DNA from: Candidatus Cybelea sp.
GTDB lineage: Bacteria; Pseudomonadota; Alphaproteobacteria; Ferrovibrionales; Ferrovibrionaceae
Direction of reading: 5' to 3'
Assembly: GCA_035632095.1 (NCBI GenBank)
Contig: DASQHM010000052.1
Span: 102-64,101 of the forward strand
Length of the DNA stretch: 64,000 bases
Shown: positions 25,817-35,078 of the stretch, one piece after another
Position numbering within the stretch: the stretch's first letter is position 1
Layout: every line of letters starts with the position of its first letter
Made by a program: the position numbers and the translations under genes
The notes under the pieces: generated by a model
Told to the model about the DNA's origin: nothing
What the model saw: the letters and a program-made list of their open reading frames with translations, nothing else
The model's database searches: none

Positions 25817-28800
25817 ATGTCCAAGATTCTCGATCACCTGCGTGACCGCGTCCTGCTTTGCGATGGGGCGATAGGGACCCGCATGCAGGCGTTGAATCTC
25901 GACGTAGCGCGCGACTATCTGGGTCAAGAGAACTGCACCGAGATACTCAACCGCTCGCGCGCCGATCTGGTGCGCGGCGTTCATGCCGGCTATTTGCAGG
26001 CCGGCGCCGATATCGTGCTGACAAACACGTTCGGCGGCAGCCCGATCACGCTCGGCGAGTTCGGATTAAGCGCCGAGGCCTTCGCGCTCAACAAGATCGC
26101 CGGCGAATTGGCGCTCGAGGCCATTGGACAATTCGCGGACGGCCGCACACGTTTTGTCTTGGGCTCGATCGGTCCCGGAACGCGGTTGCCGAGCCTCGGT
26201 CATGTCGACTACGACACGCTGGAAGCGGCGCTGACCGAGCAATCGCGGGGACTGATCGCCGGCGGCGTCGACGGAATTCTTATCGAAACGTGCCAGGACG
26301 TGCTGCAGATCAAGGCCGCCGTCAACGGCGCCAAGATCGCGCGCCTCGAAGCGGCCAAACCCGATCTGCCGATCATGGTGCAGGTGACGGTGGAGACGAC
26401 CGGCACCTTGCTGGTCGGCGCCGATATCGCCGCCGCGGCCACGGTCGTGCGCGCGCTCGACGTTCCGGTGCTCGGCCTCAACTGCGCCACCGGTCCGCAG
26501 GAGATGGCGGAGCATGTCAAATGGCTCGGCGAGAATTGGCCCGGCCCGATCTCGGTGAAGCCCAATGCGGGCCTGCCGGAATTGGTCGACGGAAAGACCC
26601 GCTATCCGCTCCTGCCCAACGAACTCGCCAAGTGGCTGGAGCGCTTCGTGCGCGAGGACGGCGTCAGCCTGATCGGCGGGTGCTGCGGCACCGACGAACG
26701 CCATATCGCGGCGCTCGATGCCATGTTGAAGAGCGTCGAGGGCGGCCGCGACCGGCCCGCACCGGCACTGCGCAGCCATCATTGGGTGCCGTCGGTGGCT
26801 TCGCTCTACGCGCAAGTGCCGCTCCGCCAGGAGAACGCCTATCTCTCCATCGGCGAGCGCTGCAACGCCAACGGCTCGAAGAAGTTTCGCGACTTGCAGG
26901 CGGCGGGCGATTGGGACGGCTGCGTCGCCATGGGCCGCGAACAGGTGAAGGAAGGCAGCCACACGCTCGATATCTGCACCGCCTTTGTCGGCCGCAACGA
27001 AGTCGCGGAGATGAGCGAGGTGGTGCGCCGCATGCGCGGCGCCGTCAACGCGCCGCTGGTCATCGACTCGACTGAATTTCCGGTGCTCGAAGCGGCGATG
27101 AAACTTTACGGCGGCAAGCCGATCTTGAACTCGATCAATTTCGAGGACGGCGAAGCGCCGGCGGACAAGCGGCTGAAATTGGCGCGCAAATTCGGATCGG
27201 CGGTCATCGCGCTGACGATCGACGAACAGGGCATGGCGAAAGAGGCGGAGCGCAAGGTCGAAATCGCCAAGCGCCTGCACGACTTCGCGGTGAAGGGCTA
27301 CGGCTTGCCGCCCGAGGACCTGCTGTTCGATCCGCTGACCTTCACCATCTGCACCGGCAACGAGGACGATCGCAAGCTCGGCCTTTGGACGTTGGAAGCC
27401 ATCGAGCGGATCTCGAAGGAGCTTCCGCAGTGCCAGATCATTCTCGGGCTCAGCAACATCTCCTTCGGCCTCAATCCCGCGGCGCGCCACGTGCTGAATT
27501 CGGTGTACCTGGATCATGCGTTGAAACGCGGATTGACCGGCGCCATCGTGCATGTGTCGAAGATCATGCCGCTGCACAAGATCGCGCCGGCGGAGGTGAA
27601 AGCCGCCGAAGACCTCATCTTCGACCGCCGCGCCCCGGGCTACGATCCCTTGCAGGCATTCATCGCGCTGTTCGACAGCCGCAGCGGCGGCTCGAAACAG
27701 GTGAAGCAGCGCGCGTCGAGCGTGGAAGAGCGCCTGAAGCAGCGGATCGTCGACGGCGATCGGCAAGGCCTCGAAGGCGACTTGGCGGAAGCCCTGCAGC
27801 GGCATCCGCCGCTCGACATCATCAATGTGCACCTCCTCGACGGGATGAAGGTGGTCGGCGAATTGTTCGGCGCCGGCAAGATGCAGCTCCCCTTCGTGCT
27901 GCAATCGGCGGAGACCATGAAGGCGGCGGTCGCCTATCTCGAGCCGCATATGGAAAAGGTGGACGGCCAGGAGAAGGGCACGATCGTGCTCGCCACCGTG
28001 AAAGGCGACGTGCACGACATCGGCAAGAACCTGGTCGACATCATCCTCACCAACAACGGCTATCGCGTGATCAACCTCGGCATCAAGCAGCCGATCGCGA
28101 ACATTCTGCAGGCCGCCAACGAGAACGAAGCCGACGCCATCGGCATGTCGGGGCTGTTGGTGAAGTCGACCGTGGTGATGCGCGAAAATCTCGAAGAGAT
28201 GACGCGGGAGGGTCTCGACATCCCGGTGTTTCTCGGCGGCGCCGCTCTGACCCGCCGCTATGTGGAAGAGGATTGCGTGGCGGCTTACGGCGCCGGGCGC
28301 GTCGCCTATGCCAAGGATGCCTTCGACGGTCTCCACCTCATGGACAAGGTGGTGAACGGCAGGTTCGAAACGCACCTGGCCGAAGCGCAGGCCAAGCGGG
28401 CCGCCAAGCCGTCGTCGCGTAAACGCATCGGGCAGGTCGCCGAGCGGCCGCCGCAGCGCCCGGTCGATCATGCCGAGATCGTGCTTCGCCGCAGCGAACT
28501 CGCCGCGCAGGCGGCGGTTCCGACGCCGCCGTTCTGGGGGCCGCGCATCATCGAGCGCGTCGACGTGCGCGCGCTGGTGCCCTACCTAAACGAGACCATG
28601 CTCTATCAATTCCAGTGGGGTTTCCGCAAACAGGGCAAGAGCCGCGAGGAATTCCGTGGCTGGGCCGACCGGGAAGTGCGGCCGATCCTGAGGCGCATGG
28701 TGGAAACCTGCATACAGCAGGATATTTTGCAGCCGCGCGCGGCTTACGGTTTTTGGAAGGCGGCATCCTCGGGCGACAATCTCATCTTGTTTGCCGAGGA

Positions 28801-29308
28801 CGGGACAAGCGAAGTCGCGCGCTTCGCCTTGCCGCGTCAGGCCAAGGACGGCGGGCTCTGCATCGCGGATTTCTTTCGCGACGAAAGCACGGGCGAGCGC
28901 GATGTGATCGGCCTGCAGGTGGTGACCATGGGCCAGCAGGCGTCCGAGACGGCCCGGGCCTGGTTCCAGGAGAACCGGTATCAGGACTATCTCTACCTGC
29001 ATGGCCTGTCGGTCGAGATGGCCGAGGCCATGGCCGAGTTCGTCCACAAGCGCATCCGCGCCGAGCTCGGCTTCGGCCACGAGGACGACCGTGACATGGA
29101 CCGAATGCTGAAGCAGGGTTATCGCGGTTCGCGCTATTCGTTCGGATACCCGGCCTGCCCGCGCCTCGAGGACCAGGCGCAGATCCTCAAGCTGCTTGGC
29201 GCCGAACGTATCGGCGTTTCGCTATCCGACGAATTCCAGCTGCATCCCGAACAATCGACCTCGGCGGTGGTCGTTCATCATCCCCAGGCGAAGTATTTTT
29301 CGGTCTGA
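25817..29308 (+). CDS. metH: cobalamin-dependent methionine synthase
   Basis: 1163 aa from the ATG at 25817. Hcy domain (GGCCGT), pterin-binding domain, B12 motif DVHDIGKN, and a C-terminal AdoMet activation domain. Confidence 0.95.
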   Translation: MSKILDHLRDRVLLCDGAIGTRMQALNLDVARDYLGQENCTEILNRSRADLVRGVHAGYLQAGADIVLTNTFGGSPITLGEFGLSAEAFALNKIAGELALEAIGQFADGRTRFVLGSIGPGTRLPSLGHVDYDTLEAALTEQSRGLIAGGVDGILIETCQDVLQIKAAVNGAKIARLEAAKPDLPIMVQVTVETTGTLLVGADIAAAATVVRALDVPVLGLNCATGPQEMAEHVKWLGENWPGPISVKPNAGLPELVDGKTRYPLLPNELAKWLERFVREDGVSLIGGCCGTDERHIAALDAMLKSVEGGRDRPAPALRSHHWVPSVASLYAQVPLRQENAYLSIGERCNANGSKKFRDLQAAGDWDGCVAMGREQVKEGSHTLDICTAFVGRNEVAEMSEVVRRMRGAVNAPLVIDSTEFPVLEAAMKLYGGKPILNSINFEDGEAPADKRLKLARKFGSAVIALTIDEQGMAKEAERKVEIAKRLHDFAVKGYGLPPEDLLFDPLTFTICTGNEDDRKLGLWTLEAIERISKELPQCQIILGLSNISFGLNPAARHVLNSVYLDHALKRGLTGAIVHVSKIMPLHKIAPAEVKAAEDLIFDRRAPGYDPLQAFIALFDSRSGGSKQVKQRASSVEERLKQRIVDGDRQGLEGDLAEALQRHPPLDIINVHLLDGMKVVGELFGAGKMQLPFVLQSAETMKAAVAYLEPHMEKVDGQEKGTIVLATVKGDVHDIGKNLVDIILTNNGYRVINLGIKQPIANILQAANENEADAIGMSGLLVKSTVVMRENLEEMTREGLDIPVFLGGAALTRRYVEEDCVAAYGAGRVAYAKDAFDGLHLMDKVVNGRFETHLAEAQAKRAAKPSSRKRIGQVAERPPQRPVDHAEIVLRRSELAAQAAVPTPPFWGPRIIERVDVRALVPYLNETMLYQFQWGFRKQGKSREEFRGWADREVRPILRRMVETCIQQDILQPRAAYGFWKAASSGDNLILFAEDGTSEVARFALPRQAKDGGLCIADFFRDESTGERDVIGLQVVTMGQQASETARAWFQENRYQDYLYLHGLSVEMAEAMAEFVHKRIRAELGFGHEDDRDMDRMLKQGYRGSRYSFGYPACPRLEDQAQILKLLGAERIGVSLSDEFQLHPEQSTSAVVVHHPQAKYFSV

Positions 29309-29318
29309 GGCGCGACGA

Positions 29319-30212
29319 TCAGGACCGGTCGAGGTCGCGCGAGCGCGAACGGCCGAAGAAGCGGCGGATCGCCGCCAGGCCGCCGAGAGCCGCGGCGGCG
29401 ACGATGATCCAGGCCTTCTTGAACAGGATCAGCGCCGCGGCCAGCAAGCCGAATTTCGCCACGGCCTTGGCGCCGACCGCGCCGGCGATCAGCGCGGCAA
29501 TGCCGTACTCGGCGACCTTGTCGCCGTCGCGGAAGTCGGCATAGCGCGCGCCGTCGTCGAACGCGTGGGCCTGGCGCATGGCGTCGACGAATTTCGTGGA
29601 CGGCTGATCGGCCGAACCGATCCAGATCATCTGTTCGTAACCATAGCGGCCGAACGACAGGACGGAGGCGTTGATGATCCTATGGCCTTCGCTCCTGCCT
29701 TCGAGACCCCAGCGCACGGTCTGCGCCGCCTTGTCGAGCGCCGGCGTATAGAGCCAGCCGACCACCTCGACCGGAGGCATGCCGTTGGCGGTGCGTTCCT
29801 TGTTGGCCGATTCGGTGTTCTTCTGGATGTCGATCAGCATCGCGGCGGCGTCCACGTCGGCCCAATCGTCGAATTTGACGTAGCCTTCGCGGATGGTCTT
29901 GAACTCCATGATCGCCTCGGCCTCCGGATCGATCACCACGGCTTCGATGTTGTCGGGTTGTTTGTTGCCGTTCACCAGCTCCATGAACCGCGTGGCATCG
30001 GCGCCGAGCAGCATCGGGTATTTCCGGGGCACGTTCAGCGTGCTCTGCGATTTGTCGAGATGGTAGGAACCGCCCTGCTGCCAAGGCAGGCTCTGCACGG
30101 CGGCCTGCCGCTCCGCTTCCGAACGGGGCACGTCGGCGGCCGCCGGTCCGACGAACATCGCGAACGATGCCAAGACCAGCGCTGCAAGCATGGGCCGCCG
30201 TCGAAGCCGCAT
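29319..30212 (-). CDS. DUF2167-like membrane-anchored protein
   Basis: About 297 aa from the ATG at 30212 (MRLRRRPMLAALVLASFAMFVGPAAA signal). Two C-terminal hydrophobic helices. The ORF-track start at 30275 falls inside the upstream terminator hairpin. Confidence 0.6.
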   Translation of the reverse strand: MRLRRRPMLAALVLASFAMFVGPAAADVPRSEAERQAAVQSLPWQQGGSYHLDKSQSTLNVPRKYPMLLGADATRFMELVNGNKQPDNIEAVVIDPEAEAIMEFKTIREGYVKFDDWADVDAAAMLIDIQKNTESANKERTANGMPPVEVVGWLYTPALDKAAQTVRWGLEGRSEGHRIINASVLSFGRYGYEQMIWIGSADQPSTKFVDAMRQAHAFDDGARYADFRDGDKVAEYGIAALIAGAVGAKAVAKFGLLAAALILFKKAWIIVAAAALGGLAAIRRFFGRSRSRDLDRS

Positions 30213-30258
30213 AGAGTTGCCGTATCCGTTCAGGCGCATTCTGGAACCGGCCCGACCT

Positions 30259-30290
30259 AACGACAAGGGCGGCACCCAAAAGTGCCGCCC
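30259..30290 (-). terminator. Rho-independent terminator candidate after the molybdenum hydroxylase operon
   Basis: Perfect 9-bp GC-rich stem (GGGCGGCAC / GTGCCGCCC) with a 6-nt loop. On the minus strand it is followed by TTGTCGTT, 33 nt downstream of the large-subunit stop. Confidence 0.6.
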
Positions 30291-30322
30291 CGTCGCAAAC
30301 GCTAGCTAGCTAAGCGGGAGGA

Positions 30323-32617
30323 TCAGGCTCCCATCGCCGCCTTCACCACGTCCGGCGTGATGGGGAGCGAACGCACCCGAGCGCCGACGGCGTTGAAGAC
30401 CGCATTGCCGATGGCAGGCGCCACCACCGTCACCGCCGGCTCGCCGCAACCTGTCGGCGGCTCGCCGTTGGCGATGAAGCTGACGTCCATATCTGGCACT
30501 TGGGAATGCCGCAGCGGGGCATAGGTGTCGAAATTGCCGACATCCAAGCCGCCGTCCTTCAGCTTCACTTGCTCGTACAGGGCGATCGAGAGACCCCAGA
30601 GCGATGCGCCCTCGAGCTGAGCGCGCACGCCGTCCGGATTGACCGCCGTGCCGATGTCGCTGACCACCGTCAGCTTCTTCACCTTGACTTCGCCGCCGGT
30701 GCTGACCGCGACATGCGCGACGCATGCCGTCCAGCTCGCCGTGGTGCGCTCTTGCGAGCTCACGCAAGCGATGCCCATGCCTTCGCCCTTCGGCAATTGC
30801 ATGGCGCCGTAACCGGCCCGGCCGGTCGCGGCACGCAGCGCGTTGGCGAGACGCTTGGCGCCGCCGGCGTTCTTGCCGGCGCCGTCCAGCATCGCAAGAC
30901 GGAACTCCAGCGGATCCTTGCCGGCCGCGTGGGCGAGCTCGTCCATCATGCTCTCCACCGCCCAGAAGGTCCAACCGGGGGCCACCGAACGCAGCTGGCC
31001 CGAAGGCGTCGCCTTCTGCGCCAGCTCGTTCAGCGTGTTCCGCACCGTGTGGTTCGGCACCGAATACCAATAGTCGGAGCCGTTCACGGTGAAGCTGTCG
31101 AGGCTGCCTTTCTTGTCGACGGAAGGCGTCAGAAACGCCGGAATGCCCCAGCGTGCCGTCGGCCAGGCGCTGATCACGTCATGCTCCATCGACACCAGCT
31201 TGCCGCTGGCGTCGAGGCCGCCGCTGATCTTCTGGTAGACGAGCGGCCGGGTGAAATCCATCTGCATGTCGTCTTCGCGACTGTAGATGACCTTTACCGG
31301 CTTGCCGACTTCCTTGGATGCGAGCGCGGCGGGGATCAGCATGTCGCCTTCCAGACGCCGGCCGAAGCCGCCGCCGAGATAGGTCTGATGCAGAACCACC
31401 GTCTTCGGATCCACGCCGAGCGCTCCGGCCGCAATCGCACCCGAGCGGGTCGGGAACTGATTGCCGGACCAAAGATGCCAAGTGTCGCCTTGCTTGAACG
31501 CCAAAGCGTTCATCGGCTCCATCGGCGCGTGGATCATGATGCTCGTGGTGTACTCGGCCTCGAGCTTCTTGGCGGCGCTGGCCATGGCGGCGGCCGAATC
31601 GCCTTCCTTCACCCACAGCAGGGCGGTCGAGCCGTCCTTCTGCAGGCGCTTGGCCTCGGCGACGATCGAATCGCTCGAGACGTTGGCGTAGGGACCCTTG
31701 TCGTAAGTCACCTTCGTCGCCGCCGCGGCCTTCCTCGCCGCCGCGTAGTCCTTGGCGACCACGACGACCCAGCCCGACAGGGTGGCGGTCTTGTCATCGA
31801 GGGCGAACGCCTTGATGAAGCCCGGAACCTGCTTGGCCCCGCTGTCGTCTATGCCCTTCACCGTGGCGCCGTAACGAACCGGCGGCACGATGCATTTGCC
31901 GTACAGCATGTCCTTGACGAACATGTCGATGCCGTACTTCGCGGTGCCGTTCGTCTTCGGCGGAATGTCGAGCTGCGCCACCGGCTGGCCGATCAGCGAG
32001 TACTGGTCGGCGCTCTTCAACTTGATGGCCTTGAGCTCGTCCGGCGTCCAAGCCTTCTTCGCCTTGCCCGAAGCGACGATCTGGGCGTAGCGCATCGATT
32101 TGTTGGACTTGCCGTGATAGACGACCGAATTGCGCGCGTAGCATTCGGCGGCGGGAACGCCCATCTCGCCAGCGGCGGTCTCGATCAAGGTCATGCGTCC
32201 GGCTGCGCCGGCGCGGCGCATGGCATCGAAGTTGAAGATGATGCTCCAGCTGCCGCCCGTGACTTGGGCGCCCAGCACCGGGTCGTTGTACTTCGGGTCG
32301 TTGGTGAGGAATGCAATGCGCATGTCCTTCCAATCGGCCTCGAGCTCGTCGGCGATCATCTGGGCCACGCTGCTCGAAACGTGCTGGCCCATTTCCGCCT
32401 TGCCGACATTTACCGTAACGATGCCGTTCGGCGCGATCGAGTACCAGACCGACGGGTCGAAATTGCCCGCGGCCAATGCCTCGCCCGTGACGCCGAGCGC
32501 ATTCGGCAACGCACTGTAGCCTAGCGCCAATCCGGCGGCGCCGGCGCCGATCAGGAACGAACGGCGGTTCACGCCCTCTTCGCGCGAGGGCAGATCGATC
32601 TTCTGAATTTCTGTCAT
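30323..32617 (-). CDS. molybdopterin-dependent aldehyde oxidase/xanthine dehydrogenase family large subunit (IorB-like), Tat-exported
   Basis: 764 aa from the ATG at 32617 (MTEIQKIDLPSREEGVNRRSFLIGAGAAGLALG twin-arginine signal). The ORF-track extension to 33223 overlaps the small-subunit gene. Confidence 0.88.
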   Translation of the reverse strand: MTEIQKIDLPSREEGVNRRSFLIGAGAAGLALGYSALPNALGVTGEALAAGNFDPSVWYSIAPNGIVTVNVGKAEMGQHVSSSVAQMIADELEADWKDMRIAFLTNDPKYNDPVLGAQVTGGSWSIIFNFDAMRRAGAAGRMTLIETAAGEMGVPAAECYARNSVVYHGKSNKSMRYAQIVASGKAKKAWTPDELKAIKLKSADQYSLIGQPVAQLDIPPKTNGTAKYGIDMFVKDMLYGKCIVPPVRYGATVKGIDDSGAKQVPGFIKAFALDDKTATLSGWVVVVAKDYAAARKAAAATKVTYDKGPYANVSSDSIVAEAKRLQKDGSTALLWVKEGDSAAAMASAAKKLEAEYTTSIMIHAPMEPMNALAFKQGDTWHLWSGNQFPTRSGAIAAGALGVDPKTVVLHQTYLGGGFGRRLEGDMLIPAALASKEVGKPVKVIYSREDDMQMDFTRPLVYQKISGGLDASGKLVSMEHDVISAWPTARWGIPAFLTPSVDKKGSLDSFTVNGSDYWYSVPNHTVRNTLNELAQKATPSGQLRSVAPGWTFWAVESMMDELAHAAGKDPLEFRLAMLDGAGKNAGGAKRLANALRAATGRAGYGAMQLPKGEGMGIACVSSQERTTASWTACVAHVAVSTGGEVKVKKLTVVSDIGTAVNPDGVRAQLEGASLWGLSIALYEQVKLKDGGLDVGNFDTYAPLRHSQVPDMDVSFIANGEPPTGCGEPAVTVVAPAIGNAVFNAVGARVRSLPITPDVVKAAMGA

Positions 32618-32619
32618 GG

Positions 32620-33087
32620 TCAGGCCCTCATGCCGCGCATATCGGCGGCGGCACGAAGCACCGCGCGCTGAATGCGGATGTAGGACATGCAACGACACAG
32701 GTTGCCGTTCATGTTTTCGACGACCTGCTCTCTGGTCGGATTGTTGTTCTTCGCCAACAACGACGCCGCCTGCATGATCTGGCCGGACTGGCAGTAGCCG
32801 CATTGCGGCACTTGCTCGGCGATCCAGGCCTTTTGCAGCGGATGCGGGCCCTTCGCGCTCAGGCCCTCGATGGTCGTGATCTGCTTGCCGACGGCGTCCT
32901 TGACCGCGGTCTGGCAAGAGCGCACGGCCTCGCCGTTGAGATGCACGGTGCAGGCGCCGCAAAGGCCCGCGCCGCATCCGAATTTGGTTCCGGTCATCTG
33001 CAGCTGTTCGCGGATGACCCAAAGCAATGGCGTGTCGTCCGGTGCTTCGACCGCACGGCTCTTCCCATTGATGTTGAGTGTAGCCAT
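32620..33087 (-). CDS. [2Fe-2S]-binding small subunit of molybdenum hydroxylase (IorA-like)
   Basis: 155 aa from the ATG at 33087, preceded by GGGAGGGAAG. Cluster motifs CGAGLCGACTV and CGYCQSGQ. Its stop lies 2 nt before the large-subunit ATG. Confidence 0.9.
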   Translation of the reverse strand: MATLNINGKSRAVEAPDDTPLLWVIREQLQMTGTKFGCGAGLCGACTVHLNGEAVRSCQTAVKDAVGKQITTIEGLSAKGPHPLQKAWIAEQVPQCGYCQSGQIMQAASLLAKNNNPTREQVVENMNGNLCRCMSYIRIQRAVLRAAADMRGMRA

Positions 33088-33285
33088 CTTCCCTCCCACG
33101 GCGGCAGTTCCCTAACGCACGGGCTGCCGCCTTGCCGGACCCGTGCTCGCTCGATGCACCCGGCTCTGAGGCCGGGACGCTCCGTTTGGTGCGCAGGGAG
33201 AGGCTAAGCGTACCCCCCCACACACATAATTGCCGATTAAGCTAGCAGAAGTGCACAAACCGCGCGAGTGGGCAAACGCAACGCC

Positions 33286-33978
33286 TCACCACGGGATTTG
33301 GCGGCCCTCGAAGCTGTAAAAATGGCCGCTGTCCGCGGGTTTCAGGCCGCCGATCACCTTGCGAAGTCCGGTCACGCTTTCGTGTGGTTTGACTGGGGCG
33401 CTCGGTCCGCCCATGTCGGTCTGAACCCATCCGGGATGCAGGCAGACCGCAATGATGCCTTTGCCTTTCAGGTCGTTGCTGAGACTCTTGGTCACCGCGT
33501 TGACCGCAGCCTTCGACGAACGATAGGCGTACATGCCGCCGTTGTTTTCGGCGATCGAGCCGAGCACGCTCGAAATCGTCACTACAATCTTGCGGCCGCT
33601 CCTGGCGACGTTGTCGGCAAAAGCCGCCGTCAGTTCGGCCGGCGCAATCGTGTTGATGGCCAGCGTGTTGAGCCACGCTTGAACGTTGAAGGCGCCGAGG
33701 TCGCCGGCGTCGCGGCCGCTGACGCCCGCGTTGTTGATCAGCAGGTCGATCGGTTCGGACTTCAATTCCTGGGCGAGGCCGCGGATGGCCGCGCCGTCGG
33801 TGACGTCGAGCCCATGGACGCTGACCATGCCGCGGGATTCCTTGGCGAGTTTGTCCAGTGCGGGCGCCTTCGCCGGATTGCGGCAGCAGGCGAGCACGCG
33901 CCAGCCTTCGCCGGCATATTGTTTGGCGAATTCAAATCCGATACCGCGATTGGCGCCGGTGACGAGAACGGTGGGCAT
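33286..33978 (-). CDS. short-chain dehydrogenase/reductase (C-factor-like SDR)
   Basis: 230 aa. Motifs VTGANRGIGFE and YRSSKAA. Confidence 0.85.
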   Translation of the reverse strand: MPTVLVTGANRGIGFEFAKQYAGEGWRVLACCRNPAKAPALDKLAKESRGMVSVHGLDVTDGAAIRGLAQELKSEPIDLLINNAGVSGRDAGDLGAFNVQAWLNTLAINTIAPAELTAAFADNVARSGRKIVVTISSVLGSIAENNGGMYAYRSSKAAVNAVTKSLSNDLKGKGIIAVCLHPGWVQTDMGGPSAPVKPHESVTGLRKVIGGLKPADSGHFYSFEGRQIPW

Positions 33979-33987
33979 GTTGCGATC

Positions 33988-35073
33988 CTATCGGTTGCTT
34001 GAAACCATGGTCTGTCCGCCGAGCACGCGTTCGGTCTCGCTGGCAAGCGTCGCGATCAATTCCGACGCCGGCATTTCGCGGCCGAGGCTTGCGCCCTGTC
34101 CGGACCAGAGCGTCATGAATTCCGCATCGCCGGCCTTGATCGCCGCCTGGCGGATATCGGCGGTGAGCGCGCCTTGGACCGGCATGGCCGGAAACGAACT
34201 CTGGTATGCCGACATTTCGCGGACGAAGCGATTGGTCAAGGACCGCGCCGGGCGTCCGGTGAAGGCGCGGGTGAGCCGCGTTCCGTCGTCACGCGCCTGT
34301 GCAAGGCGCTGGCGATGCACCGGATGGACGCTTGCTTCCGGGCAACGCAGGAAGGCGGTGCCGAGTTGGACGGCTTGCGCGCCGAGCATGAGTGCGGCGG
34401 CAATGCCGCGTCCGTCCATGATGCCGCCGGCGGCGATGACGGGAACGTTCACCGCATCGACGATCTGCGGCACCAAGGCCATGGTGCCGATGGCGCTGTC
34501 CTCGAAGTCGGCAAGAAAGCTGCCGCGATGTCCGCCGGCTTCCACCCCTTGCGCGCAAACCACCTCGATGCCGTTGGCGACCAGCGCGCGCGCCTCCGCC
34601 GCCGTCGTCGCGGTGCCGATGGTGAGCGTGCCGGCCGAGCGGAAGCGCGCGATGAGCTTCGCGTCGGGCAGGCCGAAGGTGAAACTCGCCACCGGCACGT
34701 GCGCCGCCAGCAGCGCCTCGGCCTGCTCCGGGTAGCTTTGGCCGAACTTGGTCGGCAGCGGCGGCTCGGCGAGGCCCAACGCATCGCGCATCGGTTTGAG
34801 CTTGGCGTTGGCGGCGATCATCTCGGCCCGGTCGGGTTTGGGCGGATCGAGCACGAACAGATTGACGTTGAAGGCGCGGTTGGTACCGGCGCGAACTTCC
34901 GCGACCATGGCTTCTATCTGCGCCGGCGACGACATGGCGCCGCCGAGCGAGCCGAGAGCGCCGGCGTTGCTGGCGGCGCAAGCGAGCGCCGGCGTGGTGA
35001 CGCTCGCCATGGGCGCCTGGATGATCGGCCATTTCAATCCGAGACGCTTGGACAATTGTGTCTCGTGCCACAT
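33988..35073 (-). CDS. nitronate monooxygenase (NMO / 2-nitropropane dioxygenase family, FMN)
   Basis: 361 aa from the ATG at 35073 (MWHETQLSKRLGLKWPIIQAPMA...). Motifs AQGVEAGGHRG and AAGGIMDGRGIAAALMLGAQAVQLGTAFL. Confidence 0.88.
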   Translation of the reverse strand: MWHETQLSKRLGLKWPIIQAPMASVTTPALACAASNAGALGSLGGAMSSPAQIEAMVAEVRAGTNRAFNVNLFVLDPPKPDRAEMIAANAKLKPMRDALGLAEPPLPTKFGQSYPEQAEALLAAHVPVASFTFGLPDAKLIARFRSAGTLTIGTATTAAEARALVANGIEVVCAQGVEAGGHRGSFLADFEDSAIGTMALVPQIVDAVNVPVIAAGGIMDGRGIAAALMLGAQAVQLGTAFLRCPEASVHPVHRQRLAQARDDGTRLTRAFTGRPARSLTNRFVREMSAYQSSFPAMPVQGALTADIRQAAIKAGDAEFMTLWSGQGASLGREMPASELIATLASETERVLGGQTMVSSNR

Positions 35074-35078
35074 GACGC

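Noticed and set aside
26066-28471. Very long antisense ORFs opposite real genes. Examples: 801 aa opposite metH; 11065-12786 opposite prfC; 7082-8539 opposite the ACAD; 16693-18357 opposite putA; 41756-43819 opposite the oxoprolinase; 30500-32524 opposite the Mo-hydroxylase; 12810-14099 opposite egtB; 57995-59527 opposite murC.
   Set aside because: Their translations are Arg/Ala/Gly/His-rich with no recognisable motifs. The opposite-strand frames carry clear family signatures and high GC3. Stop-free antisense frames are expected in high-GC DNA.
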